This document shows, piece after piece, positions 27,076-36,304 of a stretch of DNA of 64,000 nucleotides (its first letter is position 1; each line of letters starts with the position of its first letter). The notes beneath the pieces were generated by a model. It was not told the DNA's origin, ran no database searches, and was given only the letters and a program-made list of their open reading frames with translations. The translations under genes were made by a program, and so were the position numbers. Source of the stretch: Erythrobacter sp. SCN 62-14 (GTDB lineage Bacteria > Pseudomonadota > Alphaproteobacteria > Sphingomonadales > Sphingomonadaceae); contig MEDW01000001.1 in the NCBI GenBank assembly GCA_001724215.1, forward strand, positions 64,725-128,724, read 5' to 3'.

Positions 27076-27238
27076 CGCGCTCTGCCCTGTCAGGCGCCCG
27101 CTTACGGGCTTTTCAGCAGATTTCTTGACTTTTTGTGCCATTTGAGCAAAGGCGCAGGCAGCGCAGGCTCGGTATGTCCGATCTCGCGCAATCAAACGGG
27201 CAGCCAAGATTGCCTTTTATCCGGACATTACAATCAGC

Positions 27239-28648
27239 ATGACCTTCGCCGATCTCGGCCTTTCGCCCGAATTGCTTAAAGCCGTAGAAGATGCGGGCTA
27301 CACCACGCCGACTGCGATCCAGGCTCAGGCGATCCCGACTGTGCTGATGATGAAGGACCTGATCGGTATCGCCCAGACGGGAACGGGCAAGACTGCCAGT
27401 TTCGTTTTGCCGATGATCGATGTGATGGCCTCGGGCCGCCGCCGGGCATTGATGCCCCGCTCGCTGATTCTTGAGCCGACCCGGGAGTTGGCGGCACAGG
27501 TTGCCGAAAACTTCGAGAAGTACGGCAAGAACCACGATCTGAAGATGGCGCTGCTGATTGGCGGCGTGCAGATGGGCGATCAATTGAAGGCGCTTGATGA
27601 AGGCGTTGATGTGCTGATTGCAACGCCGGGTCGGTTGATGGACTTGTTCGAGCGCGGCAAGATTCTGCTCAACGGCTGCGAACTGCTGGTGATCGATGAA
27701 GCCGACCGGATGCTTGATATGGGGTTCATCCCCGATATCGAGTTTGTCTGTTCCAAGCTTCCCGAAACCCGCCAGACGATGCTGTTTTCGGCTACGATGC
27801 CACCACCGATCGAAAAACTCGCCAAGAAGTTTCTCACCAATCCCAAGCGGATCGAGGTGAGCCGGGCGGCTTCGACCAATTCCGACATCACTGCCTTCAA
27901 GGTGCCGGTAAAGTCGAAGCAGAAGCGCGAAACCTTGCGCTGGTTCCTCGAAAATGATCTGGTTGAGACTGCGATCATCTTTGCCAACAAGAAAACCACC
28001 GTGCGCGAGTTGAACCAGAGCCTCAAGCGCCACGGTTTCCGTTCCAGCGAAATCCACGGCGACATGGATCAGTCCAGCCGGATCAAGGAACTGGAACGCT
28101 TCAAGGCTGGCGAGGTCAATATTCTGGTGGCTTCCGATGTTGCCGCCCGCGGGCTCGACATCAAGGGCGTGAGCCATGTCTTCAATTTCGACACGCCATG
28201 GCATCCGGATGATTATGTCCACCGCATTGGTCGCACCGGCCGCGCGGGCGCAAAGGGACGCGCATTCACTTTCGTCTCGGAAGAAGACGCTGAAGCCATC
28301 GCCAATGTCGAAAAGTTGACCGGCAGCGCCATCAAGGTGTTCGGCAAGGACGATGTGCGGGTTGATCTGTCCGAAGTGATCGCCAGGGCCGAAGCGGCCA
28401 AGGCGCAAGCCGAAAAAGAACCGCGTGAAGAACGTGAGGAGCGCAAACCCCGCCGTGCCCGCGCCGATCGTGAAGCGCGCGAGGAGCGCACCAAAAAGGC
28501 CCGCCGCGCGCCTGATAAGGACGAGGCCCGCGAAGACCGCAAGGAGCGCGGCCCCCGCGCCCGTCGTCACCATGAGGATGATGAACCCGTCCCCGCTGGC
28601 GAATGGAATGGCCCGCGTCCGGCTTTTCTCGATGTCAGCTTTGGCTGA
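27239..28648 (+). CDS. DEAD-box RNA helicase (RhlE-like)
   Basis: Q motif, GTGKT, PTRELA, DEAD, SAT, ARGLD, HRIGRTGR; Arg/Glu-rich C-terminal tail. Confidence 0.97.
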   Translation: MTFADLGLSPELLKAVEDAGYTTPTAIQAQAIPTVLMMKDLIGIAQTGTGKTASFVLPMIDVMASGRRRALMPRSLILEPTRELAAQVAENFEKYGKNHDLKMALLIGGVQMGDQLKALDEGVDVLIATPGRLMDLFERGKILLNGCELLVIDEADRMLDMGFIPDIEFVCSKLPETRQTMLFSATMPPPIEKLAKKFLTNPKRIEVSRAASTNSDITAFKVPVKSKQKRETLRWFLENDLVETAIIFANKKTTVRELNQSLKRHGFRSSEIHGDMDQSSRIKELERFKAGEVNILVASDVAARGLDIKGVSHVFNFDTPWHPDDYVHRIGRTGRAGAKGRAFTFVSEEDAEAIANVEKLTGSAIKVFGKDDVRVDLSEVIARAEAAKAQAEKEPREEREERKPRRARADREAREERTKKARRAPDKDEAREDRKERGPRARRHHEDDEPVPAGEWNGPRPAFLDVSFG

Positions 28649-28651
28649 GGC

Positions 28652-30955
28652 CTAGCCTACCACTTTCACAAAGCTGTCGAGCACCCGCTTTTCGCCTGCG
28701 GTTTCGAACTGGATGGTGAGCTTGTTGCCCTCCTGATCGATAACGCAGCCCGTGCCGAATTTGTCATGGGCAACCATTGCGCCAATCGCGATGTCGCTGC
28801 GCGCAGGGGCTGCGAAACTCGCCGCAGAACGCGTGTTTTCTTTAAGGCGTGCAGGTTTGCTCTCATAGCCCGAGGTCAGCGCCCGCTGCCAGCCGGGGCC
28901 ACGGGTTTGCGCGATGTCGGGGCGGGTGGCTGCGACATGGGCAAATGGATCTTCACTCTCGCGCCAATTGGCCCGCCACAACGAAGCGCCGCCTGTTAGC
29001 GTGGATTCCTGCTCGATATGATCTTCAGGCAACTCCTCGATGAAGCGGGAGGGAATGCTGCTCACCCACTGGCCATAGATGCGGCGGTTGGCGGCATGGG
29101 TGATTAGGCAGCGCCGCTTGGCCCGCGTGATCGCGACATAGGCTAGACGGCGTTCTTCTTCGAGGCTGGCAAGCCCGCCTTCGTCAATGGCGCGTTGTGA
29201 AGGGAAGACGCCTTCCTCCCAGCCGACACAGAACACATGATCAAACTCCAGCCCCTTGGCGGCGTGGATTGTCATGATGGTGACGGTGTCCTCGTCATCC
29301 GCCCGGTCATTATCCATCACCAGGCTGACGTGTTCGAGGAAGTCGCCAAGCGTTTCATATTCCTCCATCGCGCGGGCAAGTTCGGAAAGGTTTTCCGCGC
29401 GTCCGGCGGCCTCGGCCGTGCGATCGGCAGCGAGCATGGCGTTGTAGCCTGCCTCCTCCAGCACCAGCCGCAAGAGATCGGCGGGCGTCATTTCCTCTGC
29501 CGCCTCGCGCCAGCGCAGGAATTGGCGCATCAATCCGCCAATGGTGTTGGCCGCGCGGGCGGGCAATTCGTCACTATCGGCCAGTTGCAACGCGGCGGCA
29601 GCCAGCGGCAGGCCCATCCGGCGGGCGTGCTGGTGCATCTTTTCGAGCGCCTTGGCGCCAAGCCCGCGCTTGGGCTGATTATAGATCCGCTCGAACGCCA
29701 GATCATCCTGCGGCTGCGCAATCACCCGCAAGTAAGCCAGCGCATCGCGGATTTCCGCGCGTTCGTAAAAGCGAAAGCCCCCGATGATGCGGTAATTGAC
29801 GCCGATCTGGATGAAGCGGTCTTCAAATTCGCGGGTCTGGTATTGCGCGCGCACGAGGATGGCGACGCGGTTTAACGGAGCGCCTTCGCCTTCGAGGCGT
29901 TCGATTTCCTCACCCACGCGGCGCGCTTCTTCGGGGGCGTCCCACACGCCGATGACGCGCACCTTGTCGCCGCCGTTCACCTCGGTCCACAAGGTCTTAT
30001 CATGGCGCTGCGAATTGGCGCGGATGAGGCCCGCCGCCGCCCCCAGAATATGCGGGGTGGAGCGGTAATTCTGTTCGAGCCGGACCACTTGCGCGCCGGC
30101 AAAATCCTTTTCAAAGCGCAGGATATTGGCCACTTCTGCGCCGCGCCAGGAATAGATCGACTGATCATCATCGCCCACCACGCAGATATTCTTGTGCGCT
30201 TGGGCAAGCAGCCGCAGCCAGAGGTACTGAACCGCGTTGGTGTCCTGATATTCGTCCACCATGATATAGCGAAAGCGGCGCTGGTAATCGGCCAGAATGT
30301 CAGGGTGGCTGCGCAAAATATTCAGCATATGCAGCATCAGATCGCCGAAATCGCAGGCATTCAAAGCCTTCAGACGCGCCTGATAGGCCCCATAAAGCGC
30401 CGCGCCGCGCCCGGCCGCATAGGCTTCATTCTCCGCCGCATCGAGATCAGCAGGGTTCAGCCCGCGGTTCTTCCAGCGATCGATCAGCCCGGCGAGCTGG
30501 CGCGCGGGCCAGCGCTTTTCATCAAGCTCCGCCTCGTTGATGAGCGTCTTCAACAGCCGCAGCTGATCATCGGTGTCGATGATGGTGTAATTGGATTGCA
30601 GGCCCACCAGTTCGGCATGGCGGCGCAGCATCTTGGCGCAGATCGAATGGAACGTGCCGAGCCACTGCATCCCTTCGGCATCGGGCCCCAGATGGCCCGC
30701 CACCCGTTCACGCATTTCGCGCGCGGCCTTGTTGGTGAAGGTGACGCAGAGGATTTGCGATGGAAAAGCGCGCCGCGTTGCCACCAGATGCGCCATGCGC
30801 GCGGTGAGAGCGGCGGTCTTGCCCGTGCCTGCGCCCGCCAGCATCAAAACCGGGCCTTCGGTCGCCAGCACCGCGGCGCGCTGGGCTGCGTTGAGGCGGG
30901 CTGCATAGGCCGGAATGGAGCCTGTATCGGTGGGGGTGGGGGCAAGGTTGCTCAT
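28652..30955 (-). CDS. uvrD: UvrD/PcrA superfamily 1 DNA helicase
   Basis: AGAGTGKT, TFTNKAA, DEYQD, QNYRS, TIHAAKGLEF, YVAITRA, C-terminal Tudor-like HDKFG. ATG 30955 is preferred over 31039. Confidence 0.96.
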   Translation of the reverse strand: MSNLAPTPTDTGSIPAYAARLNAAQRAAVLATEGPVLMLAGAGTGKTAALTARMAHLVATRRAFPSQILCVTFTNKAAREMRERVAGHLGPDAEGMQWLGTFHSICAKMLRRHAELVGLQSNYTIIDTDDQLRLLKTLINEAELDEKRWPARQLAGLIDRWKNRGLNPADLDAAENEAYAAGRGAALYGAYQARLKALNACDFGDLMLHMLNILRSHPDILADYQRRFRYIMVDEYQDTNAVQYLWLRLLAQAHKNICVVGDDDQSIYSWRGAEVANILRFEKDFAGAQVVRLEQNYRSTPHILGAAAGLIRANSQRHDKTLWTEVNGGDKVRVIGVWDAPEEARRVGEEIERLEGEGAPLNRVAILVRAQYQTREFEDRFIQIGVNYRIIGGFRFYERAEIRDALAYLRVIAQPQDDLAFERIYNQPKRGLGAKALEKMHQHARRMGLPLAAAALQLADSDELPARAANTIGGLMRQFLRWREAAEEMTPADLLRLVLEEAGYNAMLAADRTAEAAGRAENLSELARAMEEYETLGDFLEHVSLVMDNDRADDEDTVTIMTIHAAKGLEFDHVFCVGWEEGVFPSQRAIDEGGLASLEEERRLAYVAITRAKRRCLITHAANRRIYGQWVSSIPSRFIEELPEDHIEQESTLTGGASLWRANWRESEDPFAHVAATRPDIAQTRGPGWQRALTSGYESKPARLKENTRSAASFAAPARSDIAIGAMVAHDKFGTGCVIDQEGNKLTIQFETAGEKRVLDSFVKVVG

Positions 30956-31197
30956 GATGATGCCATGAACAGGTAGAGAACGTTTGCCCCTCCCGCAAGT
31001 CGCCAAGAAGCCGTTTTCGACTGATCGTGCTCCAGCCACGTCTCAAGATGAGCCGTGCGCGAGGTGGGGTGTGCATCAGGGCGCTGGCCTTGGCAGGGGG
31101 CGGGCGAGGGTGCATCTTGCAGTGGTTCGGACAGGGGAAGTCGCGCCGGACACCAGCAGCACAATCACGCTTGGGTTCAAATTTAAGGAGATTCCCA

Positions 31198-31515
31198 ATG
31201 CGCAAGCTTTCTCAAACCGCCTTTTTTGCCGCTGTGGCAGCACTTACCCTTCCGGCTGCACCGGCGCTCGCGATGCAGGATGAAGCCCCCGCCGCGCCTC
31301 CGGCCATGTCGGCTGAACAGCAATCGGCCATGATGGCTTGGCCTGAAGACACCAAGGCGTTTTTCGCTTCCTTGTCACCCGATCAGCAGCAGGTCTTCAT
31401 GGCCCTGTCGGATGAAGACAAGGTGACGCTGTCGCGGATGGATCCGGCCCAGCGTGATGACGTGATGCGCCAGTTACAGGCCCGCTTGCAAGGGGCCGCT
31501 GGGGCCGGGCGTTAA
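31198..31515 (+). CDS. Small secreted helical, Met-rich hypothetical protein (105 aa)
   Basis: Strong AAGGAG SD, Sec signal ending ALA, repeats SAEQQ / SPDQQ / SDEDK / DPAQR. Confidence 0.75.
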   Translation: MRKLSQTAFFAAVAALTLPAAPALAMQDEAPAAPPAMSAEQQSAMMAWPEDTKAFFASLSPDQQQVFMALSDEDKVTLSRMDPAQRDDVMRQLQARLQGAAGAGR

Positions 31516-31544
31516 CAGCATGAAGTCGCGCCCGGTGGGTGAGA

Positions 31545-32087
31545 TCAGGCAAGACGCAGCAGCGTCAGCTTGCCCTTGCCGACCGGGCGCTCGCTTTCGA
31601 TTTCAAGGCCCTTGACACAGGTGGTCTCCCTCGCGGACGTTTCCAGCGCAATCCAGCTTTCCGGGCCAATCCAGCCGAGCCGAAGCAGGCGATCAAGCGC
31701 CACTTCGCCTGCACCTGTCTTGTAGGGCGGATCGAGCAGTAGCAGGTCATAGGGTTCAGCGCTGGCGCGCAGGGCCATCACCGATCCTGCTTCGACTTGC
31801 GAGCGCGCGCGGGCATCGAGCGATGCGATATTGGCCCGGATGGTGTCGAGCGCGGCGCGATCCTTTTCAACAAACAGGCAGTGCGCGGCCCCACGCGACA
31901 GCGCCTCAAGCCCCAATGCGCCCGAGCCCGCAAACAGATCAGCCACGCGCAGCCCTTCGAAACTACCCAGCCGGCTGGTCAGCATATTGAACAGCGTTTC
32001 ACGCGCGCGATCAGCCGTGGGGCGGGTGGCCTCGCCCTTGGGCGCGACAAGCTTTCGCCCGCGCCACTGGCCCGCGATGATCCGCAT
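31545..32087 (-). CDS. rsmD: 16S rRNA m2G966 methyltransferase RsmD
   Basis: MRIIAGQWRGRKL, RPTADRARE, DLFAGSGALGLEALSRGA, LDPPY. Confidence 0.96.
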   Translation of the reverse strand: MRIIAGQWRGRKLVAPKGEATRPTADRARETLFNMLTSRLGSFEGLRVADLFAGSGALGLEALSRGAAHCLFVEKDRAALDTIRANIASLDARARSQVEAGSVMALRASAEPYDLLLLDPPYKTGAGEVALDRLLRLGWIGPESWIALETSARETTCVKGLEIESERPVGKGKLTLLRLA

Positions 32088-32920
32088 CAGCGCGCATCCC
32101 TGCGAAGCTCGCCCCGGTCAAGCTGGCCGAGAAAGCGGGTCAGCGCCTGCTTCGAAATGGCAACCGCCTGCCCGCGCGGCAGATCGCCCAGCTCAAACGG
32201 GCCATAGGCGGTGCGGATCAGGCGGTTTACTTTCAATCCGAGATGTTCCAGCACCCGGCGCACTTCGCGGTTCTTGCCTTCGGTGATGGTCATTTCCACC
32301 CACAGATTGCGGCCTGATGAGCGTTCGAGATTGGCATCAATCGGGCCATATCGCACTCCGTCGATCTCCACCCCATCCATCAGATCTTCCAACTGGCCTT
32401 GCGTCACTTCGCCAAATGCCCGCGCGCGGTAGGTGCGCGGCACCTGAGAGGCGGGCAATTCCATGCGACGCTTCAATTCGCCATCATTGGTGAGCAGCAA
32501 GAGCCCTTCGGTGTTAAGATCAAGCCGGCCAATCGGCATCAGGCGCGGCGCGCCCTTGGGCAGGGCATTGCGCAGTGCGGTGTAGATGGTCGGACGGCCC
32601 GCCGGATCGCGCTCGGCAGTGATAAGGCCGGTTGGCTTGTGAAAGGCGTAGAGCTGGGCCGGTTCAGGCGCGGCGACGGGCTTGCCGTCGACAGTGACAC
32701 CTTTGAGATCGGTGAGAATGGTTGCCGGTGTCTCCAGCACCTTGCCATCGAGCGCAATGCGGCCTTCTGCAATCATGCGTTCGATTTCGCGGCGGCTGGC
32801 GATCCCGGCGCGCGCGAGCAGTTTGGCGATCCGATCACCTTCTGGGCGATCGGGTGAGCGGGCGTGCAAGCGCGGCGCGGCTTTGGCAGCAGGGGTTTTG
32901 AAAGGAGGCTTGGCGGGCAT
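32087..32920 (-). CDS. rluB: rRNA pseudouridine synthase with S4 domain (RsuA/RluB family)
   Basis: S4 domain (KLLARAGIASRRE), HKPTG, catalytic GRLDLNTEG, EGKNREVRR. Confidence 0.85.
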   Translation of the reverse strand: MPAKPPFKTPAAKAAPRLHARSPDRPEGDRIAKLLARAGIASRREIERMIAEGRIALDGKVLETPATILTDLKGVTVDGKPVAAPEPAQLYAFHKPTGLITAERDPAGRPTIYTALRNALPKGAPRLMPIGRLDLNTEGLLLLTNDGELKRRMELPASQVPRTYRARAFGEVTQGQLEDLMDGVEIDGVRYGPIDANLERSSGRNLWVEMTITEGKNREVRRVLEHLGLKVNRLIRTAYGPFELGDLPRGQAVAISKQALTRFLGQLDRGELRRDAR

Positions 32921-32937
32921 GGCGCGCGCCTAGGCGT

Positions 32938-34110
32938 TCAACGCGCCGCCTGCAAGGCTTCGGCCACGATCTCGTCGAAACGCGCAATGCCGCCTTCCAG
33001 TGTGCCGAGCGTGAGGTGGGTGAGCGCGCCGCTCTCCAACCCCTGGTGGCCAAGCTCTGCCGCGCGGAAATCTTCAGAAGCAAACACCCCGCCATCCAGC
33101 AACGCCCAGCTGCGCTCCCAATGATCGCGCGCTTTGTCTGAACCGGGCGCTTCGGGGATCAGCATGAAATCCTCGACCAGCGTAAGATTATGCGCCTGCG
33201 GCATCAGCACCATGACATTCACGTAATCGGGGCTCGGCACAATGATGGTGGCGGGCAGCAATTGATAGGCAAAGGTGATGACGCGGCGCAGCGCGGCCAT
33301 GTCAGAAAGATCAACGCCTGCCATCTCCTCCAGCCGCCCGACCGCCGAACGCGAATGGGGCCCGATCTGGTCGCCTGTGGTGATCCCGTCCTTGAAGAAG
33401 GGCCCGATGGTGTTCGCGTGAAGCCGGGTAACATGATAGCTTTCAAGGAAGGCATCCATGATGAGCTTCCAATTGCCCGCCACGCGGTGGGTCTTGCGAC
33501 GGAACAGGTGTGCCTCGCCAAGACCGAAGGCTGCCATGTCCTCGCCCAGTGTCATCGCATGGCTGAAATCCGCGCCTTCTTGCGGCGCAAACCAGATCAG
33601 CCCGCCCGCCTCGCAGGATGGCAATTCGGCAAGGCCATAGTCGCCCTTGTCGAGACCCGGGAAGGTCTCTGGCCGGGGCAGGGCCATCAGGCTGCCGTCA
33701 AGCCGGTAGGTCCAGGCGTGATAGGGGCACACGAGCCGCTTGGCGCAGTGCACCTCCTCGCCCTCCACCAGCCTTGTGCCGCGATGCTTGCACACGTTGA
33801 GGAACACACGCGCGCGCCCTTCGCCATCGCGGGTTATCAGCAACGGTCGTCCCGTTCCATCATAGGCAACCGCCATGCCGGGTTCAGGCAGCAGGGCAGA
33901 CGGAGCGAGCACCTGCGGCAGGCGATCAAACAGCGCGGCTTTTTCCGCCGCAAAGTGGTCAGGGCAGGTGTAGTTCATCGCCGGAACCCGGCGAACCCCT
34001 GGGTTGGGTCGCGCCGCGCCTTCGCGCAGAGCTTCTGCCAGCGCCAATTGACCCGGTGTCGGGCGGCGCTCGGGCTTCATGATTGTTGATGGTGTGGCAG
34101 CCTCGCTCAT
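32938..34110 (-). CDS. Rieske non-heme iron oxygenase alpha subunit
   Basis: Rieske CKH...CPYH motif, mononuclear Fe site [12 protein letters not shown] motif, distal Asp (SEDF). Confidence 0.92.
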   Translation of the reverse strand: MSEAATPSTIMKPERRPTPGQLALAEALREGAARPNPGVRRVPAMNYTCPDHFAAEKAALFDRLPQVLAPSALLPEPGMAVAYDGTGRPLLITRDGEGRARVFLNVCKHRGTRLVEGEEVHCAKRLVCPYHAWTYRLDGSLMALPRPETFPGLDKGDYGLAELPSCEAGGLIWFAPQEGADFSHAMTLGEDMAAFGLGEAHLFRRKTHRVAGNWKLIMDAFLESYHVTRLHANTIGPFFKDGITTGDQIGPHSRSAVGRLEEMAGVDLSDMAALRRVITFAYQLLPATIIVPSPDYVNVMVLMPQAHNLTLVEDFMLIPEAPGSDKARDHWERSWALLDGGVFASEDFRAAELGHQGLESGALTHLTLGTLEGGIARFDEIVAEALQAAR

Positions 34111-34199
34111 TGCGGCGTTCCTATTTCCTCATTCCCGCTCTAGTGTGGCACGAAACGGGGCTGCGCGCCAAGCATCTTGCCCCATTGTTCGGAGTATCC

Positions 34200-35924
34200 A
34201 TGGCTGACACAGCCCCTGTCGTCCCTTCACGTCTGTCGCGTTGGCTGACTTTGCTCACCGCCTTGCGTCAGCCCAAAACGGGCTTTGTCCTTATTTTTGG
34301 TTTTGCCAGCGGACTGCCCTATGCGCTGCTCTTGGGCACGCTTTACGCTTGGCTTACCGATGCCAAGGTTGATGTTGAAACGATGGGCGTGTTCTCGCTG
34401 GTGGGGCTGGCCTATGCGTTCAAATTCCTGTGGTCGCCCGCGCTTGACCGGGTCGATTTGCCGCTCTTGAGGCGGCTCGGCAAACGCAAGCAGTGGATTG
34501 TCACGGCGCAGCTCTTGCTGGGGGCCATTCTGGTGCTGCTCTCGTTGATGAATCCGCTCACAATGCTCGGCTGGTTCTCATTGCTCGCGGGTGTGGGCGC
34601 CTTGGCGAGCGCAACGCATGACGTTGGGATTGATGCCTGGCGCGTCGATGTCGCTGATGAAAAGGCGACCATCGACATCCTCTCCACCGTTCATCAGATG
34701 GGCTACCGCATCGCGGCGCTCGTTGGCGGTGCACTGGCGCTGTTCATGGCTGAACGCATGGGGTGGGCGACAGTTTATCTCAGCATGGGGGCGATTTTGC
34801 TGGCGGTCGGCTTTGTCGGATTGTTTGCGCCTGATGCTGAAAGAAGCGCGGCAGCCAAGGCGGATGAGCGCGCCAATCTCGACACTTTGCGCCAACCTGG
34901 CCAGATTGTACCGCGGGTGCGCGGGTGGGCACTTTCGGCGGTGGCGCTGCTATGGGGCTGGGCGCTGGTGGTGGTGCTGGTGTTCATGGTGCGCTCGCTC
35001 ATTTCGAGCCCGGAAGACCGGCCCGACTCCACCGAATTTGTCGCCACCATGGGGCCACTGGTGGTGATCGCGACTGTCGTGATTCCGGGGCTCATCGCAG
35101 GCTGGCTGGAGAAAATGCGCAAGGAAGGCCGCCATGTGCTTACAGCGCCGGTGCCATCGCGCGGTGGGCTCGATGTGGCGCTCGATCACGGCTATCGCGC
35201 GCTGATCTTGCCGCTGGCTGAAATAATCGGACGGCTCAAATGGGCGGCGGTGCTGGTGATTGCGCTGGTGCTGAGCTACCGGATTACAGACGCCATCTGG
35301 GGCAGTTTTGCCTATCCCTTCTATCTCGGGGAACTGCAATACACCAAGGACGAGGTGGCGATTGCGTCGAAATTCTTTGGTGTCGGTGCGTTGCTTGTGG
35401 GCCTGGCGCTGGGAGGTGCGCTGCTCACAGTGATCGGGAGGATGATGACATTGACGCTCGGCGCGGTGATCGCGGCGCTGACCAACCTGCTCTATGCTGA
35501 TCTTGCAATTGGCGGCGCGCGGATGCAGCTGGCCAGTGACCTGACGGGTTTCACATGGCTGGCTGGATTGTTCGGAGCCGATGCCCGGCTCTCCAAGCTC
35601 ATGCTGACAATCGGGATGGAGAACATCGCGGTCGGCGTCGCAGGCGCAGCCTTTGTCGCCTATCTCTCCAGCATTGTCGCCAAGGGTTACAGCGCGGTGC
35701 AATATGCGCTTTTGTCCTCGCTAACCATGCTGGTGGGCACACTGGGACGGCCTGCGCTTGGCCAGATGATCGAGCAGCGCGGCTATTACGATGTTTTTAT
35801 CTTCACCACGCTGATCGGTTTTTTTGCCGTTGCGCTGTGCCTGATTGAATGGGTCCGGCAAGTGCGATCGGGGCGTGCAGAAAATGCTCCGCCACCAGAG
35901 CCCGAACCCGAATTCGCCGAATAG
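34200..35924 (+). CDS. ampG: AmpG family muropeptide MFS permease
   Basis: GFASGLPYALL, KFLWSP, ATHDVGIDAWR, SAVQYALLSS; GGAG SD before ATG 34200. Confidence 0.9.
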   Translation: MADTAPVVPSRLSRWLTLLTALRQPKTGFVLIFGFASGLPYALLLGTLYAWLTDAKVDVETMGVFSLVGLAYAFKFLWSPALDRVDLPLLRRLGKRKQWIVTAQLLLGAILVLLSLMNPLTMLGWFSLLAGVGALASATHDVGIDAWRVDVADEKATIDILSTVHQMGYRIAALVGGALALFMAERMGWATVYLSMGAILLAVGFVGLFAPDAERSAAAKADERANLDTLRQPGQIVPRVRGWALSAVALLWGWALVVVLVFMVRSLISSPEDRPDSTEFVATMGPLVVIATVVIPGLIAGWLEKMRKEGRHVLTAPVPSRGGLDVALDHGYRALILPLAEIIGRLKWAAVLVIALVLSYRITDAIWGSFAYPFYLGELQYTKDEVAIASKFFGVGALLVGLALGGALLTVIGRMMTLTLGAVIAALTNLLYADLAIGGARMQLASDLTGFTWLAGLFGADARLSKLMLTIGMENIAVGVAGAAFVAYLSSIVAKGYSAVQYALLSSLTMLVGTLGRPALGQMIEQRGYYDVFIFTTLIGFFAVALCLIEWVRQVRSGRAENAPPPEPEPEFAE

Positions 35925-35968
35925 GGCAGGGTTTGCCCTCTCCGCATCGTCTGCGCCACCTGTACCCC

Positions 35969-36172
35969 GCCTTCAAGCAGCGTAAGCGGTAGGGCGTTTT
36001 CGGTTTACGCATCGCATCCGCGATGCGATGTCCTCGCGGCTATGCGGGCAAGCTCGCGCCGCTGCGGGCGGCCGGTCGACCTTGCGGTTGCTGCGCAACC
36101 GTTTCCCCCGCCCCCAAGCAGCGTAAGCGGTAGCGCAACAAAAACGCCCTCAAGCAGCGTAAGCGGTAGGGC
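35969..36172. repeat. Three 27-bp direct repeats (19-bp invariant core CAAGCAGCGTAAGCGGTAG) plus internal palindromes, downstream of tRNA-Arg
   Basis: Copies at 35969-35995, 36110-36136 and 36146-36172; the core is identical in all three. The spacer has hairpins CATCGCAT/ATGCGATG (36010-36030) and CGGTTGC/GCAACCG (36085-36101). Confidence 0.92.
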
Positions 36173-36182
36173 CGAAAGAACG

Positions 36183-36256
36183 TGTCCCCGACAGGATTCG
36201 AACCTGTGGCCTTCGGATTAGGAATCCGACGCTCTATCCTGCTGAGCTACGGGGAC
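36183..36256 (-). tRNA. tRNA-Arg(CCT), CCA not encoded
   Basis: Reverse complement GTCCCCGTAGCTCAGCAGGATAGAGCGTCGGATTCCTAATCCGAAGGCCACAGGTTCGAATCCTGTCGGGGACA. Anticodon loop TTCCTAA, canonical GTTCGAATC T-loop. Confidence 0.96.
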
Positions 36257-36304
36257 GCGGGCCACGCTCTATCGCTGAACGCTGCGCTGTGCAATCGCTT
36301 CGCG

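Noticed and set aside
35969-36172. CRISPR array interpretation of the three repeats
   Set aside because: Spacers are 114 and 9 nt (irregular), the long spacer is itself palindromic, and there are no cas genes in the window.
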